DNA of 64,000 bases from Ruditapes philippinarum (Eukaryota), in the NCBI RefSeq assembly GCF_026571515.1, contig NW_026858977.1, positions 248,001 to 312,000 on the forward strand, read 5' to 3'. Below, piece by piece: positions 12,434-26,269 of the stretch. How positions within the stretch are numbered: the first letter of the stretch is position 1; each line of letters begins with the position of its first letter. The notes below the pieces were generated by a model. That model did not search any database. It was not told where the DNA came from and was given only the letters and a program-made list of their open reading frames with translations. The position numbers were made by a program, and so were the translations under genes.

Positions 12434-14873
12434 TTGCAAAATGTTCTTGCAAAAAGTTGATAGACATAATGCAAAACTTTTGTTCCTTTATATGGTAAAA
12501 CAATTAATCATATTTTTGGGAAACGCATTCATGCATTTTAATAAAGAGCGAAATTTTACACGTTTTTTACAAATGGTGAATGTATTTTGTGATACATTAA
12601 ACAAAACAACAAACAAAAATAAATAAACAAAAATATTTGTTCACATCAAATAAATCTTGAAAGTTTTACGTTTTATTTTTTTGGAATCTTAAAATATTGT
12701 TCTTTATATACATTGGTCTATCTTTAATGGTTAAGCACAATAATTATATTTGACGTTTGGCGACGTCCAACCGTGGACCCGAGGTAATAACGCTTTCAGT
12801 TTTTATAACGTGGGTTTGTTCCCAAATTTCGTTAGAGGCAAAGCATAAAAATAATTCAAATTTTTTGTGCTTTCTGAAATTTAAAAGGTTCGGGTTTTGA
12901 ATATCCCAAAAATTTAAAAATAAAAAAGTTTTTTGTTTCCCCATCCCCGATTCCGTGTGTTCCCCGGGCCACAGGTCCCTGATATTGTTCCCCTTTTACA
13001 AAAACGTGGGGAAATAGAAAAAAAAAACGGATGAAAAACTTATAACGTAATATATTAAAAAAAGGTATTTCCCGTTATGTATGAATTTTTTAAGTGTTTC
13101 TTCGATTTCTTTCAACTATATAATGTTTTTAAAGATATATTTTAAAATGTTTGTAAAACGGTAGTTTTTATTTTGTTAGCTTATGGAGATCAGCTGCTTT
13201 AAATGAATAAAACACAACTCAATCTAACTTGCAATATCAAATGAGGGACAATAGTGGATTATCTTCCCTTGATAAAAACCGAGGTTAACCAAAATGTAAG
13301 TAGGTCCAAATATTTGGAATCCTTTGCTTTTATCGTTGAGTTTTATGTAAGACAGGTTGATATGTTTTAATAAATTATTTCCACATGCATCAACAAATAT
13401 GTAAACAATAAGAAAAAAATGCTTCATTTATGTCAACAGATTCTACATCTTATCGCAATATTTAATCTGAATATTACAAATGATAATAATTAGCCCTTAT
13501 TAATTCAGTTTGCTACAAAGAAATAGGCGATAAAGTCCGAGTAATCCAATTGCTTAGGACCTATCTATTTATAGAGAGTACTCAGGGGAGGTTATTCACT
13601 AATGTCCCCCATTGTAATATGAAACTGAAGCACATGGGTAACTGGTGGTACAACAAGGCTTACAATATTCATCATATTTTATATCACATAATAATATTTG
13701 TCTTCACCTTTAAAGAAAACACTTTGACGCCATTTTACAAATTTACAAATGCATATCTGTTCACAATCTATCAATGAAAGAAATATACTTTATTCATAAT
13801 CATTTACTTTCAATTTTTGAAAAAAATATAACAAATGAACTTACACTGACCGAAATACTGCACAAAAATATCGTGCACTACTGTCACGCTTTACTAAATA
13901 TCCTCACGGTGACAACTTTACCTTATGGGAAAATAATTACCTTCTAATTCGTTCTTTAAACGAAAGAAATCATATTTTACGACAAGAAAATTTCTTCAGA
14001 ACTGATAAAATACACAAAAAAGATATGGTTGAGAAGTAATAAATCATTGTAACTATTAAAATCTTACAATACTCTTTTTTGTAATGAAAAATATAAAATG
14101 AAAATAAATAATTGAATGATTGATACCTTAATATATATCAACATTTAGCTTAACTATGAATAATAAAACATTATTTTGTTCGTTCAATTTAAATCTTTTT
14201 TAATGAAATAATTTTATTAATATAACTAATTTGATGATTTATAATCGAAATCCTGTAGGTCGCCAAACAAGGCAATGTAGAAACAAGGACGTGTTGAAGT
14301 ACAAAATTCTGGAAACAAAGTAATCCCTCGGAAGCATTAATCACAACAAAATAACATAAGAATTGCAGACTCGGTTTGATTGGACCTTGACGGGAAAATG
14401 CATTGGAAATTAATAAATGAGGAAGAAATCTGAATAAAGCGATCCATGCAAGCAAAGTTTAAAAGTTTAAACTGCAGACTCGGTAAACTTGTGTCTGTTT
14501 AGGTGTGGTAATGGACTAGCAATATCTCTCGCGCCCCTAGCACCGGGTTAAGCAGTATTCAATCCTCCATACAATAAAGTATGGAAATAAATGATTAAAC
14601 AAAATTTCAATCGTGAATGTCCTTTTTATTTGAATTCTTATAACTTAAATTATCCATGACATTGGAATAATTGATAAATCCTTTTCAATATTATTTCATT
14701 CTGATTTATTTTACATTATTTACAATATAACAATTATATAGAGAATACCATGCAAGAATCTGATATTACAAAATTTATCAGGAAAGGCTAAGGAAAAAAG
14801 AAGGGCGAGGCCCTGCCGAGGTCTTCATTTTTGCCGTGCCGAAATTGATAAAATTTATAATATCAGCTTAAGG

Positions 14874-15148
14874 TTTTGTTTTGTTTTGTTTGTTTTATTG
14901 GGTTTTACGTCACACCGACACAGTATATGTCATATGGTGACGTTCCCGCTTTACTGGTGGATGAAGACCTCAGGTGTCCTTCCTTCCCGAACGGGTACCT
15001 GAGTAGAACCACAGACGTTCCGTAAGCTAGCTGGATAGCTTCCTAGCATGAAATAATTCAAAGTCCCTGTCGGGGATTCGAACCCTCGGTGATAAGGGGC
15101 AAGTGGTTTGAAGTCAACGACTTTAACCACTAGGTCATGGACGCCCCT
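14874..15148 (-). mobile_element. tRNA-derived SINE (mollusc Meta/MESC-like core)
   Basis: Minus strand: GGGGCGTCCATGACCTAGTGGTTAA (A box), GGTTCGAATCC (B box), core GGAAGCTATCCAGCTAGCTTACGGAACGTC..GGTTCTACTCAGGT, (AAAAC)n tail; subfamily assignment is from memory, not a search. Confidence 0.85.
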
Positions 15149-16579
15149 AGCTAAAAGTAATATCTATAAGAAATAGTGCCATATATTTTAGTCAATTGTC
15201 ATAAATACTTTTAATATTCAAAAACTCTATCCGATTAAAAGTTTATAAGTTTATTATTTTCTGACTAGTAAGAAGTAAAAGTATTCCATTCTCTTAGCTG
15301 AGGGTGACTGATAAAGCTAAATTTACCAGGCATGTACTTTATCAACAGAAATCAATGACATGATACATTAATATAAACTGCAGAATCTACATTGAAATGT
15401 TACAAGCCAATTCGTTAAATTAAATAACCCCTCCATATGATGCAAATCTCTTTGTTGTAGCTTAGTACATTAGATTATGTAATAGCAATGTCAACACACA
15501 TACACGGTGTCACACAAAGTGACAACTTAGTCAATTATCACTAAAAATGCCTAATATGAGATTTTTTGCTGAGTAAATTTATTAACCTTTTCTGAATACA
15601 TTCGTGATTTAATTTTGGAAGCAGTTAGTCCAGAAACTATGTTTTTAAACGTTTTTAAATAATACCTTTACCATTTTTATCTGCTACGCGCATAACCTGT
15701 CAATTATCGATAACGCTCCACCCCCTGTTGAGGCATCAGTGAGGAAAATCGGTAGTCCCATATAACCGTGTATTACCGGTTATTTGTTATTAGTCGATAC
15801 TACTCGTAATACATGTGTCATACAAATACTGTACATCTTTTATGAATAGTTCAACATCGTATCATCTATCATTTAATTAGCCTTTTTATAAATTAAGAAA
15901 ATGTCGGCCAAGATGTAACATAAATAATTTAGCATAGCGACCATTGGGATGGTTAAAACAATGTAGCTGCTAAAATATCTATAATGTGTGAAATAATAAT
16001 TTATCTATCCCGTAATCTGAGAGACATTACATTGAGTTTTGGTCATAAGTGCGGATTCAAGAGCTTGGTTTGCATTTAATCTCGTTTTCTAACCATGTCA
16101 AAAGAAACAGACAACATTTTTATGTGAACGACTATATGACTGGTGGTCAGGTGTCTCTCACAAATTTATAAGATATTGTACAATAGCCTTCGGTCGATTA
16201 ATTCTTTATGAAGAATCAATATAATCAATAAAAAATATGAAAATGTATTTTCAGTGAACGCTTTGAATATATTTATCAACAATAAATCGAACACAATTTA
16301 TTGTAAGTCCAAGAAGAAACTGAATCTATGTATGCCGTGCATAGATTAAAATTCAGGATAATAGAAGTCAAGAAGATCAGCTCATATTGATCGAGTAATA
16401 CCTTATATTGTTATTAAATGATGTCAATCATTGATCGGCAAATTTCTTTTTCAGTCCATCGTACCACGGACTTTAAAAGCCAGGAGTTCAGTTTTTCGTT
16501 ATTTTAATTTATATTTTAACGGAATTTCATAGTTACACGGATACACAGACAGAGTGACACTGATGTTATAATAATATTA

Positions 16580-16581
16580 TA

Positions 16582-16613
<32 letters not shown>

Positions 16614-16630
16614 GATGATAATAATAATAA
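16580..16630. repeat. (ATG)n/(ATA)n microsatellite
   Basis: Direct reading of the sequence. Confidence 0.9.
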
Positions 16631-18915
16631 GATCCAAAGTGAAACAGTTAAATTACCCCGATAGCAGTACGCACGTTAAATGCGTTCCATCCCCCACTGA
16701 GTGCCTAAAATTTTACCGATAGTCACGTGACATATGAGACAGATACCAGACGTTAGATTTGAAGAAATTTCTGCTATAAAATGATATTTATCAGCAGCTT
16801 TTTAATTTTAATTGGTCAGATGTCATTTGGTCATAATAAAAAGTTGTTAGAGTATGTTACCGCATCGTGTCACCCCCTTTGGTGTGATATTTGCTTGTTG
16901 TGCAATAATTTAGCGTTTGAGAGAGAACAGCCGATTGTAGTACATTATAAATAAACCTTTTGAGAATTGGAAACAAGAGCAATGTTAGGGCTTTATTATC
17001 CTTTAAAAATTCTTTATTGTTTAAAATAGAGTCTGGTTAAAGTCATAACTAGAGGTTGAAGGTTTGTCAAATGTTAACTCTTGGCAGTACAATATAAAAT
17101 GTGCATTTAGTTTGAGAGTTTGTGCGTTTTTATTTAATTGTAATTATAAATGGTTAAGTTTGATTTTTCAATTTATATATTTTATCTATCATAAATAAAA
17201 GTGTTTAGATTTTCAAGAAAATGCCTTTGTAAGCAGTTATCCAACATAATAATTACTGGTGAAAAAACAGTGATTTTTGGGAACAGAACATATTTTATAT
17301 AAAACGTATACAATACACGTATCTTGTGTATACAGCAGCCAAATTAAATACAAAATAAACGTGATGAAATTCTTCTTATGAAAGTCTTTTAAAACCTTTA
17401 TACTTTATCTGTATTTGTTTTATGTTGTTTTATTTACTTTTAATCTTATTCATTTATTTTTATTTATTTATTTTCTGTGTGGGGGTGGGTCAAGGTGATA
17501 TTTTAGTTGTAGCTTTAGTTGTCTTTCCACTCTATTTAAATTTTCAATCAAATATTTGTCCTTGACTGACAAATTTGGGGGTGTTTATGTTTGTTTCATT
17601 AGATATTTTGACCATAAATGATTTACAAATCGTATTGTTAAACTTAGTTGCTGTACAAGTTCTTCCTTACAGTGCTTTTATCAGAAAAGAAGATATTCAC
17701 TGTGTTAAAAACATTTATGTAATGTTTGGAGAAAACGATTAAAAATGTCTAAATTTCACATTAAAATGTGAACACGGTGTGTCTTAAAAGTTTTATATAT
17801 CCATTCATCTACCATTTTAATCAATGTTTTAAATTGGGTTTAGAGAACTTAGTAAATACACCCTTCTAAATTTAGATACGCAAATACACCCTTCTAAATT
17901 GAGATACGCAAGATTGAGAAAAGCAAAAATCAAATAAAAATGAAACCGTTAGTGTGATTTTTACTTGCAAGTTGTTATGTTCAATATCATCAACGTTCAA
18001 AACAACTTCAGAAATCTCATCATTCCACTCTTAGTACCATGTGTCGCTCTAGGATTTACGATACGACAGATATAATGAAACTTTTGAAATTAGAAAATCA
18101 GAACGGGGTAAGATAAACTACAGATGTTAAATAAACTATAAGACGAATATTTAGTTTGCAGAGTGTTAAGCTTTTATTAGTTTGCATTTATTTACATGAA
18201 AAGGTCATAGTTGATTTCCGTGTCGGTTTGATGTCTTCTCATTCTTTGTTTTGGAATATCATCTGCAAAGATAAAGCAAAAATGATTTTTGGAGAAGATA
18301 AGCACACAACGCAAACGCACTCACACACATTCACAAACGCATGCGCGCGCACACACACGCACGACTTAAAAAAACCTGTCTGATGAACACAATGATATCC
18401 CCTTTGCTTGATTCAGAAATGTAATAATAATAATAATAATAATAATAATTATAATACATGTAATAATTTAATATTACTCTAATATTTCTTTTGCTATTTT
18501 TAGATAAAGCTCAACCGTATCCAGATACTTATATTTTCTTACAACTTTACATTATCTTGTTCATTATCAATACTTCTCTTGAAAATGGGTGACAGAAATT
18601 TCCATAAAATTTTGTGATAATTAGTCAGTTTATAAAATATATTTTATATCGTTTGATTTACTAAAGTTTAATCATGAAATGAAGCAGTCGAAACAGTCTG
18701 AAAAGTCCAAAAATCAACACAAAGAATTGTTTAAAATATGCATTTACAAAATTGTTAAATAGAATTAAGGATGAGATTTTCAGACGGGATTTTAATCAAA
18801 TATCTTTCATGTTATACCCTTCACATAATTTCTGATTTTCAGGTAAAGTTGCGAATGGATATTTTTTTCATAAATGAAGAGTAAAAATAAAGGTAGACTT
18901 GCCTTGTCAGTTTCC

Positions 18916-21259
18916 TTATCCGGTGTAACGACCACCCCATTTGGGTCTAGTATACTTGCAGCATATAACTAACTTGCATCCTTTGCAAAGTTTACATTTT
19001 CCGATGTATCTCTTATTCTTTGGGCATTTCCTTTGACATTTGCACCTGTTGAACTGCCAATGTGTGAAACCTGACCTTCCACCCATGTAACTTCGGCCTC
19101 CAAATCCACCAGGACCACCAATCATACCACCAGGACCGCCAATCATACCACCTCCACCGCCAATCATACCACCAGCACCGCCAATCATACCACCAGCACC
19201 GCCAATCATACCACCAGCACCGCCAATCATACCACCGGGACCGCCAATCATACCACCAGGACCGCCAATCATACCACCAGCACCGCCACTTATACCACCA
19301 ACACCGCCAATCATACCACCAACTCCGCCAATTAAACCACCGGAGTATCCACCATCTAAACCACCGGAGTATCCACCATCGCCGAATCCACCATCGCCGA
19401 ATCCACCATCACCAAATCCAGAATAATACCCATCGTCACCGCCGCCTCCTAATCCATCACCCCCACTATAGAACATATCACCGCCTGTATATCTCCTGCC
19501 GCCCGCAAATGCAGCGGCGCCTGCAACTCCACCACCGGCCGCAAACGCAGCAGCGCCCGCAACTCCACCGCCTGACATGCCGCTAAAAAACGGATTGTAA
19601 GAATACATGCCACCACCACCACCTGGGAATCCGCCTGGAAATCCATGGCCTGGGAATCCGCCTGGAAATCCATGGCGTGGAAACCCCCTGTGAAATCCAA
19701 AACGGTAGAAGCCAGGTCGGCGTCCTGCAAACCATGGGAATTTTTTAGGGTGATGTTTTTTACGGCGCCCTGAAAAGTTATTCAAAATACAGACTGCATA
19801 ATAGTTACAAATATTAGGTTGAAAATCAAACAAATTAATTTTTTGATAAACATGTTGTTGTTTCGAAATTATAACATATATCATACATCGATTAGTTTTG
19901 CAGGGGGATGTCAACTATTTATCGTCATCTCGACTCTAGACGTTAAAATCAAACCTATTTTCATGTCACTTTAAGCTATTATGATGTAATTCTTGTTTTG
20001 TTAAATTTGATTTGTTTTTCTATGCAACAATTTATTGATTTACTATAGTTCAGTTCACCACACTTAATTACTAAATTTTTTACTAAATTTTATTTTATTT
20101 ATTGGTGTATACCCTCAGATGTCTGTAGAACAATGTATGATTTTAATATTATACTTCTAACTTTAGCCAATGCACAACACGCCTTTTAAATTGTGATGTC
20201 AACAAAAATACAAATATATATATAATAAACAGACAATTCAAGTTTTTTTCTATAAATACAGGTTTATTTTTCACCTTTTTGTACGAAAATCATATTTCAT
20301 TCGTTGCTATAGCACTCGATGAAAATATATCCTGTATTTATAGAAAATAATCTTGAATTTCCTATGTGTATAAAGATTTAAATAAATAGATATAATCAAC
20401 TTGTTTATTATTGCTATATATTAAAACAAAGATTAAACCGGCAACAGGAGATATAAAATTATTATATAAATTTTGTTTAAAATCAATTTTTTCCCTTTAA
20501 AATTTCTTCATAAATAAAAACATTATTAAAAGATTTTAAAGGCCTAAAATTTGCTGTGGAATAACTTTGAATTTTCTTTAAAAACCCTTTTCTTTATGTT
20601 ATTATTCTAAATTTTTAAAGGGTAAGGAAATTTTTTGTAGGGAAAAAAAGTTTTTAGTACAATGCCATATACTTTGAAATTTTTCAAGATATCTAAAAAT
20701 GTTAGAAATGCAAATACTGAAGTTATGGGATTTAAAAATTTTGGGCCAATAATAAACAAATTTTAAAACGGGCATGGGGAAATTATCAAAAACAAAAAAA
20801 ATGTGTTAAGAATTAGATGTGAAGCTTTATCCGCAAAATAGCAAATAATTACTTGTTTGCGAGGGAAAAATGCAATAAACATTGTCTATAAAACACCATT
20901 GTATGAAAACCTTGCCAGCTAGTATCCCAAACGTGTAGAATAACCAAGATATTAAACTTTGTCAACAATAATAGAATTATTCAACGTCTTCTATAAAGGT
21001 ATTCATTGTATATAAAGAGCGTTATCTTAAAATATTTAGAACCCCAAGCGTTGTATAGGAAAACCAATATATGAAACTTTGTTCAGAAAAAGCAATGAAC
21101 CAAATTTTGTTTAGAAAATAAATCAATGAAATTATGAAGCTAAGGCGGAACTGTTTAAAAGAGACGTTGTTAAGAATAAAGGAATAATGAAGAAGAATAT
21201 TACTTACCTTCTACTAGGACCAGCAGAGCTAGGATGCAAAGAAAGACGGCAAACTTCAT
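18916..21259 (-). CDS. Gene A2: secreted Gly/Met-rich protein with C-terminal 8-Cys cationic domain, 301 aa; join(21208..21259, 18916..19769)
   Basis: Exon 1 MKFAVFLCILALLVLVE-G|GTAAGT; acceptor TTTCAG|GG; exon 2 GRRKKHHPKKFPWF..(GFPG)..(GGMIGG[A/P/G])n..RCKCQRKCPKNKRYIGKCKLCKGCKLVICCKYTRPKWGGRYTG*; 52+854=906 nt. Confidence 0.92.
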
Positions 21260-21289
21260 CTTTGTGGTCTGTTCTGCACTCAACTCAGC

Positions 21290-21327
21290 AAGCCACTGGT
21301 TTGAGCTTAAGAAATTAACGCTTTATA
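21290..21327 (-). promoter_or_regulatory. TATA box + Inr-like CCAGT of gene A2
   Basis: TATAAA at 21322-21327 (minus); ~250 bp of upstream sequence aligns with the A1 promoter. Confidence 0.7.
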
Positions 21328-21560
21328 TTACAAAACGTTCTTGCAAAAAAGGTGCTAGACATAACGTAAAACTTTTGTCCTTTACTTACTATAACAATCA
21401 CTCATTTTTCAGGGAAATGCATTCATGCAGTTTATTAACGAGCGTTATTTTACACGTTTTTTTAAATTGTGAATGTAACTGTGATATATTAAACAATCAT
21501 AGGAAACATTATTTGATTTGATGAAATAAATCTTAAAAGTTTATTGTTTTATTTTTCAAT

Positions 21561-21938
21561 TTATCACACACCCGTGCCGATTTTGCGACTCCGTAAATAT
21601 GGTATTGCACGGCCGTGCATATATTTTGACGTGACGTCATTAGCGTTATACAAACATAGTGTAAAGACGCGCTAAATGTTAGCGTTTATACCTAATAGGG
21701 CGCGTCAAATTGAAATATGACTCTTATTTGCACCATTAAAACGGTTCTTTATTTTTTGGTATGGTGATAAATAGAGAATATTAAATTCGTGTAAGTTCAT
21801 TACTTGAATTTTATTGGCACTCGGTTGAATAAAATAATATTATGGCTCGCCAGAGGCTCGCATTAATAATAATTTTATTCAACTCGTGGCAATAAATTTG
21901 TGTAATTGAACTTACACTCATTCAAAAATATCCTCTAT
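21561..21938. mobile_element. ~380-bp non-autonomous DNA element inserted in the A2 upstream region
   Basis: Absent at the homologous A1 site (~12680); ttatcacac..gtgataa inverted ends plus a ~170-bp hairpin ending aaaatatcctcta; a related inverted copy lies at 29730-29943. Confidence 0.7.
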
Positions 21939-24900
21939 ATCTTAAACTATTATTCTTTATATACATTGGGTTAGACATAATAATTATATTTGAAATGACG
22001 ACATCATGTGACCGAGGTGATAACGCTTTAGTTTTATAACCTGTTTGTTCAAACTCGTCAGGGGCAAGCCGTTGTTTCATTTAGCAAGTTAGTCTTTTCT
22101 CTTTACTGCTTTGGGAAAGCCAGGTTTGGAAATTTGAAAAGTTTTAAATTTGCCCGGTAGCCTTTTTACCAACCGGGGAAAAATTTAAAACTAAACCCGA
22201 TATTTCATTTTAGAAATTTGATACAAATAATCCCTTTAAAAACTTTCCCTTTTTTTTAAAACTTTAAACCCTTTTTAACTCAAGGCTTTTAAAAATAAAA
22301 AAACATTAAATTTGGGGAAAAACCTTGGAACATATGTAACGACAAATACAATTTTTCCATGCTACACAACTTATGAAATATACAGAACAGGCATGATTAA
22401 AATGTAGTAAATGTGATCATTAAAATCTTACAATACTTTTTTATACCTTTCTCTTTTTTTGTAATGAAAAAAAAAATTCAAAATGAAAATAAATAAGTGA
22501 ATGATTGATACCTTACTAAAAATCAACATTTAGGTAAACTATAAATAAGAAAAAACATTATATTGTTCGTTCAATTAAATATTTTTTTTTGATATAGCAA
22601 TTTATGAAATACATATATATATATATAATTAAATGAATAAATTGTAATATACTTGATTTTATTCTTTGTTGTTACGAACACGATTAGAAGTGTAGAATTC
22701 ATGAAATTATCCAAAAGTTATCTATTCTTTACGTAATGGTATTTGTCTGTTGTTGTCCTTTAAAAATGATCATCTAATATGAAAGTTAGGAGTAGTTTTT
22801 TCCTATCGCTGAAGTCAAGTACTATTTTGTCTTTTCTGAAATGCACAAGGGCGCAAAGGTGTTAGTCATATGACGAGCTTAATATTTTATGATTAAAAGT
22901 AATATTAAAGCATGAGGATGACTGACCAATCAAATTGTACCAATCAGATTAGCATATTTACTAGTTATTTTCAATTCAGTTGCTTTAACAGGATCAGTTG
23001 ACAAGATAATAAAAAGTAGTCACATTCAAAATACTTAAGGTCGCCAAACAAGGCAATGCAGATTAAATGACATATAGACTCAATTTGATTGGACCTGTTT
23101 GCAAAAGAAAAAGTATCAGAATAAATGATCAAACAAAATTTCAATCGTGAATATCTTTTTTGTATTCCTTCAACTTTAATTATCCATGACATTGAAAGAA
23201 TAAATAAATTTCATCCTAATTTATTTCGCATCTATCTAAGATAGAACATTCACTACAATACAATTTCATAATATATTAACATACACTGCAGAAGTTTATT
23301 TAAATTTTAACAAGCAATTTGATTAAATTGATCTACCCTACCATATGATGAAAATCACTTGCTTATATCTTTGTACATCAGATTACTGATAATGAAATAG
23401 CAAGGCCAACACAAATGAACGATGTCAAGCAATGTAGATATTAAAGTAAAGGACATCCTCTGGTGATGACTTTAATGCAAAAGTATGGTACTAAAAATTA
23501 CTGTGACAAGATTAGAGAGTTTTTAAGAATTCTCACACGCTCTTAGACAGCGAGGGAACAGCTGACACATCAAAGGCGTCAACTGTGACGTCAAGAAACA
23601 AAGTGCGTCATTAAGTAAGATTATTTCTCAGCTCTATGTAGTTCAATATATTATAGTTTATCAATTCTCTTTCTATTAGCATGTAAGAATGGAAATATAG
23701 CTCCACTGTTCTTGTGTTTAATTACAAATAATGAATAGTTTATCGTTCAAGTGTTTTGTAATTATTGATCCAATCAATCAAAAATGGTTTTATTACATAA
23801 CTGCATTTAACTATACATTATGTATATGTTAGTGTTAGTTTTCATCCGTGCTGTTCTACAGAAATTAGAAACTTCGACGGGAGCGATAGCGTCAGAAGAA
23901 TGTTTGTAATTTCTGTAGAACAGCTACGGATGAATACGGATGTAGTATCGACTTTTGTTATTCTATGAAAATTAACACACCCGATTTTTAAGAAATACAG
24001 CGTTTTCATAGTATGACAAATAAAGCTGAACACTAAGAAAAATAGAAGGCGACTATGAACAGATTTGATATAGTATGGACTTTTATTCTTCTATGAAAAA
24101 TAACCCACATAATTTTGAAGAAATACTGCGTTTCCATTGGATGACAAATAAAGTTGGACACTAATTTTTTTAAAAGAAGAAAACATATCTTATAAAAATT
24201 TACAATTTAAGGCATGATAATAATCTACAAAAGCCCACTTCAAAGGTCATAAAAAGCTTTATTAGTCAAAGTGTCAGTGATTAATACCGCGAATGATATG
24301 TATTTTATGTCAAGGACATTATAAGGTTTTTAAACATTGATTAGAACAATACTGAGTTTTACTGCACGTATGAAGAAATATATTATGTTTTTATTATTTG
24401 ATAAAGACGATGCCTTTTCTAATATTTTTTACACCAATAATCATTCATAGCAATACATGGCGCAAACTCTGTAAGTTCAAAAGTTCCATTTTAAAATGTG
24501 TGATAAGTATTAAAGACCCTGTAACGCATTTTTTTATGGTTTTAGCTCGTATATCATAAAGCTGATACTCAAATGATGTTTTATCAGTATTGTATAAAGC
24601 AAGCATGATTTGTAAAGATATATCCGTACTTAACATTTCATGTTAAGAAAGGGAGGTAATTAGAAATTTAACCTTAACCCTAGGTTTATTAAATAACAAA
24701 TGAATGTATTTATTATAATGTATATAAATATTTGCTGTACATATTTAACATATTCGTGGATGTTTGGAAATTATTTCATAAATTGAGTTCTAAAGTTGAT
24801 GTTGAGGATATTTCAGAAATAAAACAACAACTCTCAAGTCATATGGTATTTTCCAAAAACAAGTTTTCACAAATGAGCGACGAAATCGTCGTTTTGAAAA

Positions 24901-25999
24901 GCACTTATCGGTACACCATTCATTTACTGATCAAACTTTTGAAGAAATGGTAAAGAAGCAAACTGCTATATAAAATCAGAAATACAAAAAGCGCAGGATA
25001 GCTTTCAAAGGCGTTTTAATGGGATAATTGATACATTAAAAAGGATCAATGAGAAAAGTTACGAATCATCTTCTGTATTATTTACCTCGAGAGTTCCTGT
25101 TACGATCAAGCAAATGCAAGCATAAAGAAAAGACATTCTTTCTAATAGGGACAGAACACTTCTAAACAGTGACTCGATCTTTAAAGGAATACAACCTAAA
25201 GGTTCAGATGATAAGGTTGATCGATAAATGTGTAGACAAATATCGAATGTAAAGTCAACAAGCTAGATATGATACAATACAAACGCGTCATTATTTTTGT
25301 CGAATGAAATGACTGTCTGTTCAGGAATACGCTCTGACACGACATATAGGACGCTTTTAGAACTCACCCGCAGTGTAAAATGCATCTCTGCTTCGCTGCG
25401 ACACATCATACAACAAAATTGAGCGGGACATTTGTATAAAAACAAGTGCTTAACTTATTGAAACTTGTTCATCGTTCATGTACGGTGATGGTAGCATAGT
25501 GAAGCACAATTTTGCTAGAGATTGATACATTTCAGCAAATATGGCTCCAAGACCCTTGTGGCAGCAATAAATCGACGTATATTCATCGTAAAATAATTGA
25601 ATCATGCTAATGAAGAAGTCAGGGGGTCGAGATATTATGGACAAGAAACAGACAATTTTATCTAAACAAACATGATGAAGAAATAAGATTTACTAAACAA
25701 TATTGCTAACCACACTGAAACACGAAGTGTATTGGTGAACGCCCAATAGGACATTCAGACGATCGCTGCTTTAACATTCAAGGTAAAAACAAATTCAAAT
25801 ATTTGCTAGATTTGTGTGATAGAAGCAGGGAAATATTATATTAGTGTCATATTCTGTTTCATTGTTTGAATCTAACTTCGATTTAGAACATAATGATGAT
25901 AATGGTGATAATAAAGGTATCCCATTGATGTACGTCAAAGAGTATTTTAGTATTAATGAAAGTTCATATTCCAAAAATACAGTCATATAAACATAACAA

Positions 26000-26245
26000 T
26001 GTTACTGATTATGATGTTGATGATGATGATGTTGATGATTATAATGATTAAAACGATATGCCAAAGAAAAATGATGATATAAATGAAGATGGGAATAATG
26101 ATGATTATAATTATCAAAACGATGATGATGATAATGGTTATAACGATGATGATAATATCATGATCATGATGATCACGAAGAGATGATATGGTTAAGAATG
26201 ATGATGCTGATGATGATGATGGTGGTGGTGATGATGATTATGATA
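26000..26245. repeat. Degenerate (GAT)n microsatellite
   Basis: Direct reading of the sequence. Confidence 0.85.
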
Positions 26246-26269
26246 AAAAGAAATTATATTTATTCAATA

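Noticed and set aside
19770-19914. N-terminal ~48 aa of the 332-aa ORF (and MYFIK of ORFs 41557-41952 and 48989-49417)
   Set aside because: Intronic read-through upstream of the AG acceptor; the true N-termini are on the separate signal exons.
24700-25800. Several short ORFs with weak coiled-coil character upstream of the LINE endonuclease fragment
   Set aside because: Could be a decayed LINE ORF1, but no diagnostic motif can be supported by eye.
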